From positions 1 to 44,093 of the IMG/VR virus record IMGVR_UViG_3300020598_000100: a DNA stretch of 44,093 nt. One strand, given 5' to 3'. The stretch is from a virus. Taxonomy: Duplodnaviria; Caudoviricetes. This document shows positions 1 to 7,494 of this stretch, one piece after another. Within the stretch, counting starts at the first letter, position 1; every line of letters begins with the position of its first letter. The notes beneath the pieces were generated by a model. That model ran no database searches and was not told where the DNA came from. It saw only the letters and a list, made by a program, of their open reading frames with translations. The translations under genes were made by a program, and so were the position numbers.

Positions 1-1104
1 TCACGTTTTCGCCTCTGTAGACCGTTGCAGATGTGCCGTATTTTGTGACGTCCCGCGCTTCGCGGCCTCGGCTTCTTCCGGGGTCAAATGGGCAAGATAC
101 AGCTCTGTCGTCGTGATGCTGCGATGATTGAGGTGGCGCTGTAAGTCATAGATATTGCCGCCGTTTTTCAGATAGTGGACGGCGAAATAGTGCCGGAGGT
201 GATGGAAGGTGAAGGGGCGGAAATCGCGCTCCTCCTTCTGTGCCGCCTTTTGTGCCGTCTTGATTTGTTCTCGGAACTGCGAAGCGACGTTCCGGTAGAG
301 TTCGCCATTGCCGTGCCAAAAGAGCCAGCGGCCGTTCAAAAAGGCGGGAATCGATGCGAAAACCGCCCACGCCTCGGGTGACAGGCTGATGGTGCGGATC
401 TGGTTTCCCTTGCGCCGAATCGTTAGTTGGCGGCGCTCGTGGTCCAGATCCCGGCGCTCGGCCTTGACCAGCTCGTCCTGGCGGCAGCCTGTCGTGACGG
501 CTGCCTCGATCAGCTTGCGGAAGTTCCCCTTCGCGCGGCCGGCGACAAAGGCGATGTCCTCCGCCTTCGGCAGGACGATGGGATCGCGCTTCTCGCGAAG
601 CCGGCGGAGGCGGGCGAGGGCGGGGTTGCTGTCGTCCGGCCGCCACCCCTCGTCAATGGCGTATTCGATTACGCTGGAAAGTGCCGTGAGGTCGCGCCGG
701 ATGGTGGCAACGGTAACCCCCTGGGCGCGGCGGGCGCGGACGATGTCCGCAACGAGCTGCCGGTCGATTTCGTCAAAAAAACGAGGTTTGAGGTGGGGGG
801 CGAGCTGGCCAAGGGAGACCGCGTAGCGCTTGGAGGTTTCTGGCCCTACCTGGTCAACGATATGGATAGACCAGTCGGTGAACACGTCGACATAGGTTTT
901 CCGGTCCTCGCCGAAGCGGGCTAGGCCTACCTCGCGGTCGCGCCACTCCTTTGCGCGGCGCCGCGCAGTCGCCTCATCGCCTGTTCGTAAGCTGCCTCGG
1001 AACTCCCGGCCGGCCACTGTGAACCGCGCCCACCAGGTCTTGCCTCGGAGGAACGTGTGCGCTGCCTCGCCATGTGATCGTCGATGGCCTCGCGGTTCCG
1101 ACAC
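1..1104 (-). CDS. int: Tyrosine recombinase / phage integrase
   Basis: Catalytic R (GCRQDEL), HxxR (HHLRH), H (LNHRS), Y (TELYL); N-terminal arm-binding-like segment; GTG start at 1104 preceded by AAGGAG. Confidence 0.95.
   Translation of the reverse strand: MSEPRGHRRSHGEAAHTFLRGKTWWARFTVAGREFRGSLRTGDEATARRRAKEWRDREVGLARFGEDRKTYVDVFTDWSIHIVDQVGPETSKRYAVSLGQLAPHLKPRFFDEIDRQLVADIVRARRAQGVTVATIRRDLTALSSVIEYAIDEGWRPDDSNPALARLRRLREKRDPIVLPKAEDIAFVAGRAKGNFRKLIEAAVTTGCRQDELVKAERRDLDHERRQLTIRRKGNQIRTISLSPEAWAVFASIPAFLNGRWLFWHGNGELYRNVASQFREQIKTAQKAAQKEERDFRPFTFHHLRHYFAVHYLKNGGNIYDLQRHLNHRSITTTELYLAHLTPEEAEAAKRGTSQNTAHLQRSTEAKT
32..257. repeat. Two pairs of TGTG(C/A)CG direct repeats (32-50, 239-257); putative integrase arm-type sites
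   Basis: TGTGCCGtatttTGTGACG and TGTGCCGcctttTGTGCCG, both with a 12-bp period, near the expected attL. Confidence 0.5.
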
Positions 1105-1301
1105 GTCCGGGTCTCCTTGTCTGCGAGCCATTGCCGCAGCTGCACTACGTCGAAGGTCCAGCACTTGAACGGCTTGGCGGCCCCTGGGATCTCCCCGCGC
1201 GCTGCGGCGGCCTGCAGCGTGCGCGGGTTTTCGCCGCAGATCAAGGCCGCCTCAGCAACCTTTACGCGCTCCACGGCCGTCCTAGGGGCCTTAGCGGGCA
1301 T
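927..1301 (-). CDS. Excisionase-like HTH DNA-binding protein
   Basis: VKVAEAALICGENPRTLQAAAARGEIPGAAKPFKCWTF fits the Xis/HTH_17 pattern; immediately upstream of int; GGAG RBS. Confidence 0.75.
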   Translation of the reverse strand: MPAKAPRTAVERVKVAEAALICGENPRTLQAAAARGEIPGAAKPFKCWTFDVVQLRQWLADKETRTCRNREAIDDHMARQRTRSSEARPGGRGSQWPAGSSEAAYEQAMRRLRGAAQRSGATAR

Positions 1302-2454
1302 TTTCCGCTCCTGGCATCCCATTGTGCTCGACGCCGTCGAGTAGGCGACCGGCGGCCTTTTTGCCGACAAGGCGCATCTCGAAATTGTTGCTGGTCGCTA
1401 GATCGCTGCGGTCGCGACAGATGCGGCCGTCGGGACGCACCAGCGTTCCAGAGCTATCAGCATGCACCCAACCGACTGGAGCAAACGATCCCCACTGCTT
1501 GAAAAAGAACGGCACTCCGGCGGCGGCGCACTGGTCGCGGATCCATCGTGGCCAGTTAGGGTGCATCGGCCGCGCGCCGGGGCCGCTTTCGCCGCCGACG
1601 ATTACCCAATCCAAGAGGTTTTCGCGGCCTGGATAGTCCTCACAGTGGCGCCAGCCGCTAAGCGCATCCTGCCAGCCGCTTCCGACTTTGAGGCGCTTGA
1701 GGGTTATGGGCTCCAGTAACGGCTCGGCCGAGACGAATCGCACGGCCGCCGGCGTTGCGAGCAGGTGCGGGATGCGCTCGTCAGCATGGCGCTGATCCTC
1801 GGCCGAGACGCCGAGCCAGACGTTCGGCAGAGGCCATTGCCACTGCATGGCCTTGCATTTCCCGTCGTCGGTCCACAGCTCGTCTCGTTCCGTGTCGACC
1901 AAGCCCAGGGCCTCGAGAAGCGGTTCGCAGGCGCGCTCGACCTGGCTGCGCCGTGTCTCTCCGCGCCTCTCGGCGGGGATCTCGAAGCCGTCCGGCAGCG
2001 TCTGTGAAGGTGCCGGCTGCCAGCGTTCCTCGAACCATGCTCTCATTCGCTCGGCGCGCTTCGTCAGCACCTGAAACGTGTGCTGCGGCGCCAGCGCCAT
2101 GACGGCGAACACCTGGTCGATCCACTCGTCGGGAATGGACTCGTGGAAGAGGTCCGACATTGAGTTGACGAAATAGACCGTCGGCTTCTTTCGGCGCAGC
2201 GGCGCGTGCAGGGTGTCGTCGTCTGCTCGCGCAACCTTGCCGGTCCAGACGGGGTGACCTTTCACCTTCTTCGTCAGGCCGGCGTAATGGGGCGTGCTGC
2301 CTTTCCAGACGTGCGGCGTTGCCGCGTTGATCGCCTCGATGCGCGCCGCCATCCTCATGGCGTAGCAGTTGGTGCAGCCCGGCGAGACGATCGAGCAGCC
2401 GACGATCGGATTCCAGGTCCGTTCCGTCCATTCGATTTTAGAAGGCCCGCTCAT
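1291..2454 (-). CDS. DUF5131 / phage Gp37-Gp68 family protein (radical-SAM-like)
   Basis: SKIEWTERTWNPIVGCSIVSPGCTNCYA, FVNSMSDLFH, FQVLTKR, FVSAEPLL, WVIVGGESG, FFFKQWG motifs; GGAGG RBS. Confidence 0.92.
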   Translation of the reverse strand: MSGPSKIEWTERTWNPIVGCSIVSPGCTNCYAMRMAARIEAINAATPHVWKGSTPHYAGLTKKVKGHPVWTGKVARADDDTLHAPLRRKKPTVYFVNSMSDLFHESIPDEWIDQVFAVMALAPQHTFQVLTKRAERMRAWFEERWQPAPSQTLPDGFEIPAERRGETRRSQVERACEPLLEALGLVDTERDELWTDDGKCKAMQWQWPLPNVWLGVSAEDQRHADERIPHLLATPAAVRFVSAEPLLEPITLKRLKVGSGWQDALSGWRHCEDYPGRENLLDWVIVGGESGPGARPMHPNWPRWIRDQCAAAGVPFFFKQWGSFAPVGWVHADSSGTLVRPDGRICRDRSDLATSNNFEMRLVGKKAAGRLLDGVEHNGMPGAENAR

Positions 2455-2455
2455 C

Positions 2456-3253
2456 TCACGCCTCCTTTGCGAGCGCGGCGCGGGCTTCCGAAAGCCACGC
2501 ATCCGCACGAGAAATGAGGTCTCTGGCGACCTCGTCCGCTTCATCTTCGACCTTGAGTTCGCCATTCACGGAATGGCCCTCTTTGAGGGCGTCTCGGTCA
2601 TCTTCAATGATCGGTACGGCTCGTCTGATGAGATCGCGCAGCCGCTCGACCTTGCCGCATGGAGGGGCGGCGGGGAGGATCTGACGCAATTCAGTCAGAT
2701 ACATCTCATCAGGTTCGAGCCACTTCTTGATGGCAAAAATGATCTCGTCTTGCTCGTTCAGCACGTCCATAGGGCCGTCATCATCGTTGAGATCGTTCTG
2801 ACGCTTGATGACGATATTGCAGGCCGCCGTCATCGCAGCCATCCAGATTGCGGCGATATGGTTGTCTGGAATATTGGCCACAACAGGCTCGCGTGCGGCG
2901 AGGCGAGTGCGCAGTCCGACTTTTTCCGATGTCGCGTTGAACTTGGCGGGGACCGCAACGTTCAACAGATCGACGCCAACGTCCATCGCGATCAGATCCG
3001 CGCAAATCACAACGTCGGCCAGCTCCTCGGCGAGCTGTGCCTTACTCGCGCGCGATCCATTGATGCCGAGCCGTTCGCGCTCCAGCTTCTTGATGACGTT
3101 GCACGCCTCGCCGACCTCGCCCGCAAGCTCGTTGCCGCGAAAGGAAAGCGTGATCTGGCTATCGGCATCCCATTCGGCTTGGCGGGCTTTGTTTGCGGAT
3201 CGGAGATCCCCCAGCACCGACAACTCATTTTGGTTCGGAATTGCATCGCTCAT
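2456..3253 (-). CDS. MazG-like nucleotide pyrophosphohydrolase domain protein with C-terminal extension
   Basis: ELAGEVGEACN...LAEELADVV (ExxE...ExxD) in N-terminal half. Confidence 0.8.
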   Translation of the reverse strand: MSDAIPNQNELSVLGDLRSANKARQAEWDADSQITLSFRGNELAGEVGEACNVIKKLERERLGINGSRASKAQLAEELADVVICADLIAMDVGVDLLNVAVPAKFNATSEKVGLRTRLAAREPVVANIPDNHIAAIWMAAMTAACNIVIKRQNDLNDDDGPMDVLNEQDEIIFAIKKWLEPDEMYLTELRQILPAAPPCGKVERLRDLIRRAVPIIEDDRDALKEGHSVNGELKVEDEADEVARDLISRADAWLSEARAALAKEA

Positions 3254-3510
3254 GCTGCCTCCACGATCTCGCGATTGATGTCGGCGACGATGTCGACCAG
3301 TTCGCGGCGGAAGCGCGAATAGACCTGATCGAGGATCTGGCGCGGCTCGGCCGCCTGGTCGGCGATCAGCGCCAGCTGCTGGCAGATTGCGTCGAACGAA
3401 TCGACAAGAGCCTCGGCTGCCGCGACCTGGGGAAGGGCTGGGGAAGTCGCGGCGGCCGAGGCATCCGCCGGGGCGGATTGCAGAAACGGGCTTGGAAGAG
3501 GGGGTGTCAT
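3250..3510 (-). CDS. Hypothetical phage protein
   Basis: ATGA-coupled at both ends; GGAGG RBS. Confidence 0.65.
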   Translation of the reverse strand: MTPPLPSPFLQSAPADASAAATSPALPQVAAAEALVDSFDAICQQLALIADQAAEPRQILDQVYSRFRRELVDIVADINREIVEAA

Positions 3511-3743
3511 GCTGCCTCCCTGAACTGCATGGCGGCGACGATCCGGTAGCGCCGGAAGCACGGCTCGCCCTCGATCGTGATGCGGCCCATCCGCGCGAGC
3601 GCGAGAAGGCCGCGGCGCACGGCGCCGGGGATCAACGTCGGCGCCCGGGCGCGGATGTCCTTTGCGGTGAGGGTTTCGCCGGTCGAAAGCACCGCCTCGA
3701 GGCGGCGCAGCAGCTCGGTCGTCGAAAGCGAGTCCTGAATCAC
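3507..3743 (-). CDS. Small winged-HTH-like protein
   Basis: LTAKDIRA...AVRRGLLALARMGRITIEG pattern; coupled to neighbours. Confidence 0.6.
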   Translation of the reverse strand: MIQDSLSTTELLRRLEAVLSTGETLTAKDIRARAPTLIPGAVRRGLLALARMGRITIEGEPCFRRYRIVAAMQFREAA

Positions 3744-3853
3744 GGCTGGCGCCTCGCCTGATCGAGCTTGGCGACGCAGCAGACGGCGGCGGACAGCAGC
3801 AGCGCGAGAAGCGGCAGCGCCGCCACGACGATGTGAGGGGCCTGTTCGATCAT
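3740..3853 (-). CDS. 37-aa single-TM membrane peptide
   Basis: MIEQAPHIVVAALPLLALLLSAAVCCVAKL; ATGA/GTGA overlaps with both neighbours. Confidence 0.5.
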   Translation of the reverse strand: MIEQAPHIVVAALPLLALLLSAAVCCVAKLDQARRQP

Positions 3854-4215
3854 CGCTCGCGCCCCTTCGGCTGGCCGCTCAGGGCGACGCGGATCTCGAA
3901 CGGCGCGGTGACATAGACGACGATCATCACCGGGCCGCGGCGCATGTCGCCGAACATCACGCCGTGCAGCTGGGCGCGGTCCTGCAGGGTCAGGTTTCGC
4001 CACTTGGCCACGTATGCATAGCCGTGCATCAGGCCGCGCGGAGCGCCGGCTTGTGTCCGGCCAACGGCAAATCCGCAGCGCCGCGCCAGCTCCTCGGCCT
4101 CGCTGCAGGCGGAGAAGTCGCGGCCGTCGCCGGTGAACTGCCGCGTCCAGGCGACGTGCTTGTTGTCATTGCGGGGGGCGGGCGGCAGGATGGTTCGAGC
4201 AGCCGGGTTCAACAT
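3850..4215 (-). CDS. Hypothetical phage protein
   Basis: AGGA RBS, typical codon usage, first clear gene of the leftward early operon. Confidence 0.7.
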   Translation of the reverse strand: MLNPAARTILPPAPRNDNKHVAWTRQFTGDGRDFSACSEAEELARRCGFAVGRTQAGAPRGLMHGYAYVAKWRNLTLQDRAQLHGVMFGDMRRGPVMIVVYVTAPFEIRVALSGQPKGRER

Positions 4216-4241
4216 GGCGGCAATCCTGACTGGGGGGTGAG

Positions 4242-4655
4242 ATGCCGAATTTCGGGGCGCTGAATGAGACCGTCTATGGGGTGATCGGTGTTGGCCTTGT
4301 GGTGAGCGTTTTCGCTCTTCTGATCTGGCTTGGCCGACGAGGCGGGAAAAAAGGTGAAGGGCAGGAGCCGTATCGGCACGTTCGCCCGGCAGATGACGAG
4401 CCAGAGCCAGCGGACGCTTGGGCCGTCGCCTCGGAAACCGTCAAAGTGACGTGGGTTGGCAGCGTCAGTTTGGTCGCGTTGGTGGCGAGCACTGTCGGGT
4501 ATGCGGGTGTGCTCTTCCACGCTGAGACTCTGTTTCAACAAATGGAAGCCCACCTCAGCCTGCTCTGTTGCATTTTGGTTTTCGGGCTTGGCATCGCGCT
4601 CGGTCGCAGGCGGACCTACACGATCGTCAGGCGACCGCATCAAGGACCGCAATAG
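4242..4655 (+). CDS. Membrane protein (about 3 TM segments), moron
   Basis: Three hydrophobic stretches; GGGGGTG RBS; opposite to the surrounding operon. Confidence 0.65.
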   Translation: MPNFGALNETVYGVIGVGLVVSVFALLIWLGRRGGKKGEGQEPYRHVRPADDEPEPADAWAVASETVKVTWVGSVSLVALVASTVGYAGVLFHAETLFQQMEAHLSLLCCILVFGLGIALGRRRTYTIVRRPHQGPQ

Positions 4656-4682
4656 AGCTGTCGTCGAAAGGTCGGGGCGGAA

Positions 4683-5318
4683 ATGAACGCTGCGCGGAGA
4701 GTGCTGGCACTGATTTTGATCGGCGGAATTGCCTATGCGCTGAAGCCGCTGGTGCTGCCCGATCAGGCGGAAAACGCGGTCATTTCTGCGGGGGCGGCGG
4801 TGGATCCGCAAAGGGCGTTTGATGCGGCTGCGGCGGCCGAAAAACGCTGGCAGGAATTCCGCGCCGGCCGCGCCGCGGAGCCGCCGGATCCCCGAGAGAT
4901 TGACCGGCTCGATCGTGATCTCGGAGAAATTCCGCTGGATTGGCCGCGGGCCGAAGAGGCCGTCGCGCTGATGCAGCGCCTGCGCGCCGAGCGGCCGGCG
5001 ATCGACAAGGCCTATTCCGCCGTGCTGAAGGCGCAGCGCGAGCGGACGAAGGCAGAGGTCGAAAAGAGGCTGCTCGGGCAGAGGCGCGATTATGCGCGCA
5101 ATGCCGAAAGCAGTTTCCTCAATGACGGGCAGGACGCCTACATCTCGGTCGAAGGAGAGGATCTGCGCACCCTGCGCATCCGCTATGTGCTGGTGGGCCG
5201 CCCGTTCGTCTTCAGGTTCGAGAATGACCAGAAATTGCGCGAGAGGCTGCGGGACATGGGCTTTACCTAAGTCATCATGACCGACGGCTATGGCGAGGCC
5301 TGGAGCCTCAAACCCTAA
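4683..5318 (+). pseudogene. N-terminally anchored protein; ORF stops at TAA 5268-5270 but appears to continue in frame to 5318
   Basis: N-terminal TM; ...LRDMGFT*VIMTDGYGEAWSLKP* with coding-like codons after the first stop. Confidence 0.55.
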
Positions 5319-5380
5319 GCGTTGGCCTGTCCGTAGCTGGTGCGGCACGGCGGTTCTCCCGAGAGTCGTTCGGGAGAGTA

Positions 5381-5456
5381 GTAACCGAGTTGGTCACTAG
5401 TGGTCAATGTAAATTGTGACCGTATCGGTTACTCGCTTAGTGACCGGTTTGGTTTT
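5381..5456. promoter_or_regulatory. Left operator cluster (5381-5397, 5416-5432, weaker 5440-5456) and leftward promoter PL
   Basis: 17-bp imperfect palindromes GTAACCGAGTTGGTCAC and GTGACCGTATCGGTTAC; minus-strand TTGACC-N17-TTACT overlaps the first. Confidence 0.75.
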
Positions 5457-5751
5457 CGATTTTCACGAGCTTTTTCAATAGCTCTGTTGCTTGTTGCCGC
5501 TCCTCGGCAGTGAGGCCGACGTCCTCTTGATCGGTCGGCTTTCGCCATAGTTTTTCAGGGGGGATGCCAAGAGCTTCCGCATAACGGGCCATTTTCTCGA
5601 CATTCATGCGATTCTGTTCGCGCTCCATGCGATGGATGGACTCGCGTTCGACGCCCATCGCCTCCGCCATCGTTTCTGCGCTGATGCCAAGGTGCTTCCG
5701 CCATTCGGTGAGGAACAGCAGGCGGCGCGGAGGGGTTCGTTTTGTGACCAT
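5437..5751 (-). CDS. CI-like XRE-family repressor (no peptidase domain)
   Basis: LTEWRKHLGISAETMAEAMGVERESIHRME HTH; divergent from cro-like gene; flanked by operators. Confidence 0.85.
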   Translation of the reverse strand: MVTKRTPPRRLLFLTEWRKHLGISAETMAEAMGVERESIHRMEREQNRMNVEKMARYAEALGIPPEKLWRKPTDQEDVGLTAEERQQATELLKKLVKIENQTGH

Positions 5752-5841
5752 AGTGGTATCATACCTGTGGATAGGTTCCCGGTCACGAACCGTTTTGGTT
5801 ACATGGTAGTGTTGCCGTCGTGTGACCGAATCGGTTACTCG
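5744..5841. promoter_or_regulatory. Right operator cluster (5744-5760, 5786-5802, 5822-5838) and rightward promoter PR
   Basis: Same 17-bp consensus; 5821-5841 matches 5415-5435 at 20/21 nt; TTGCCG-N17-TTACT at 5812-5839. Confidence 0.75.
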
Positions 5842-5848
5842 TCGGGGC

Positions 5849-6091
5849 ATGAGCACGCTTCATCCGCTTCAGCGTTACCGAGAGGCCTCCTGCCCACCCA
5901 TGTCGCGGGCGGACCTGGCTGACCGATTGGGGGTCAGCCGAGTAGCCGTTCATAGATGGGAAACCGGCGTCAGAAAGGTCGACGTCGATCTTCTGCCGCG
6001 CCTTGTCGAGATCACCGGAATTCCAGCCGGCGAGTTGCGGCCGGATCTTGCCGAGCTGTTTGCGGCTCCGCTCGAGGGGGCAGCTCCATGA
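5849..6091 (+). CDS. Cro-like XRE HTH regulator
   Basis: MSRADLADRLGVSRVAVHRWETG...ELRPDL. Confidence 0.88.
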   Translation: MSTLHPLQRYREASCPPMSRADLADRLGVSRVAVHRWETGVRKVDVDLLPRLVEITGIPAGELRPDLAELFAAPLEGAAP

Positions 6092-6093
6092 GG

Positions 6094-6381
6094 TCAGTTC
6101 GCCGCACCTTCCGGTTTTTCGGCGAACAGGTACGGCAATCCTGCCCGAAAGGCCTCGATCTGGCGCAGGGCAGTCTCCAGCGCCGCGAGCGTCATCACCG
6201 TTCGCCCCACCACGACGCGCTCGATATCGCCGTCGCCGAGGTTGCGACAGGCGAAATGCGTGATCCTCACGCAGCTTGTTCCAACCAGTTCGATCGGGCC
6301 AATGCCCTCGGTGAACGTATCCCCCACGCATGCCGGGTCGATCAGACCAGGCACGCGCTCCCCGCGCGTCGTCGCCCCCAT
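6094..6381 (-). CDS. Hypothetical protein, antisense to the early right operon
   Basis: AAGGGG RBS; globular-looking sequence. Confidence 0.6.
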   Translation of the reverse strand: MGATTRGERVPGLIDPACVGDTFTEGIGPIELVGTSCVRITHFACRNLGDGDIERVVVGRTVMTLAALETALRQIEAFRAGLPYLFAEKPEGAAN

Positions 6382-6554
6382 CGCTTCCCCTTACGCACTT
6401 CAACTGTGGCCGCGTCGGCTGCGGCTCTGGACCGTGAAGGCCAGTACAGCCCGCAGAGGGTTGCGAAGAAGGTAAGCAATTCGGTTTTTCGAAAGAGCGG
6501 GCGACGGGGGCGGCCATTTGAATTTTTCACTCTTCGAGAGGCGAGGAACTTTCA

Positions 6555-6950
6555 ATGACCAAGACGGTAGCCCGTTCCGTTCCGAAGAAGAAATCGGCCG
6601 ATTGCCGGATCCGGAATCAAAATTGCCGGATCCGGAATCAGATTTCTCCAGCCATGCAAAAAGTGCGGGACTCGTTGCCGCCGCATAAGTCCGCGTACCA
6701 CCTGCACATTTTGACCGATCAGCCGCTCTCGACCTGCCAAAAAATGCTCACCGGCGGACGCGCTGAAAATCTCGAAATGATCACGGCTTTACTGCGCTCG
6801 GAGATGGGGCGCGAGGTGCTGTTCGCGCTGATGGGCGATGCGCAACCGGCGTGGTTCGTGCGCTACTCCAAGCAGCTCGACGTCGAGCGGGCGCGCAAGA
6901 TGCTGCGCGACCTCGAGCGCACGGCGGCGAGTGTCGGGGAGGATGCGTGA
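6555..6950 (+). CDS. CII-like regulatory protein (putative)
   Basis: Position after cro; HTH-like segment; GAGG RBS; tandem repeat in the 5' end. Confidence 0.55.
   Translation: MTKTVARSVPKKKSADCRIRNQNCRIRNQISPAMQKVRDSLPPHKSAYHLHILTDQPLSTCQKMLTGGRAENLEMITALLRSEMGREVLFALMGDAQPAWFVRYSKQLDVERARKMLRDLERTAASVGEDA
6601..6642. repeat. 2 x 21-bp tandem repeat with palindromic core CCGGATCCGG
   Basis: ATTGCCGGATCCGGAATCAAA / ATTGCCGGATCCGGAATCAGA. Confidence 0.9.
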
Positions 6951-7159
6951 TGTTCGACGCCTCCGACGCAATCGTCATTGCCTGCGCCGCTTTTTGCATC
7001 GGCATGTTCGCCGGGGTCTGGGTCTATGCCGGCCGGGTCGATCGGCGGGATAGCCGCGACCCGATGGGCGAGCCGTTCGGCGATTTGCCCCATCCGCCGG
7101 TGAGCTGGCGCGGCGGCGCCAAGAGGAGCGAGCGCGCTGCCCGCCAGTTGCGGCCATGA
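6950..7159 (+). CDS. Small membrane-anchored hypothetical protein
   Basis: TM segment AIVIACAAFCIGMFAGVWVYA; GGAGG RBS; coupled to neighbours. Confidence 0.6.
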   Translation: MFDASDAIVIACAAFCIGMFAGVWVYAGRVDRRDSRDPMGEPFGDLPHPPVSWRGGAKRSERAARQLRP

Positions 7160-7494
7160 GCGAAACGATCTCGAACACGCTCACCCTGCGCGATGCGCCC
7201 GGCCCTGACGAGACCGCCCATTGCTGCGAGCGGTGCCAACTCTTGACCCACGAAATGCTGCTGACGACCGGCCCCAACATGGTCGTCGTGCGGGTTTTTG
7301 GCGCTGACTCGATGAAAAACGCGGTGCGGATCGGCACATCGGCCGAGCGCGCCATGCGGATCGGCGCCGCCTTCATCCGGGCCGCGCTGCGGCTCGAACC
7401 GGGCCTGCGGGCCAAACTCACCGAAGCTGATCGCAAGAACCTAGCGCTGGTTCTGCCGGAAACCGTCCCGACAGGAGACTGCAATGGGATTTGA
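7156..7494 (+). CDS. Hypothetical phage protein
   Basis: ATGA-coupled; CxxC; typical codon usage. Confidence 0.65.
   Translation: MSETISNTLTLRDAPGPDETAHCCERCQLLTHEMLLTTGPNMVVVRVFGADSMKNAVRIGTSAERAMRIGAAFIRAALRLEPGLRAKLTEADRKNLALVLPETVPTGDCNGI

Noticed and set aside
2369-3322. 317-aa plus-strand ORF
   Set aside because: Shadow of the MazG-like gene; no RBS, motif or coupling
5268-5270. TAA reassignment (in-frame TAA here and at 39374)
   Set aside because: TAA ends many clear genes, and no suppressor tRNA is present
6601-6642. CRISPR-like repeat
   Set aside because: Only two adjacent units, no spacers, no cas genes
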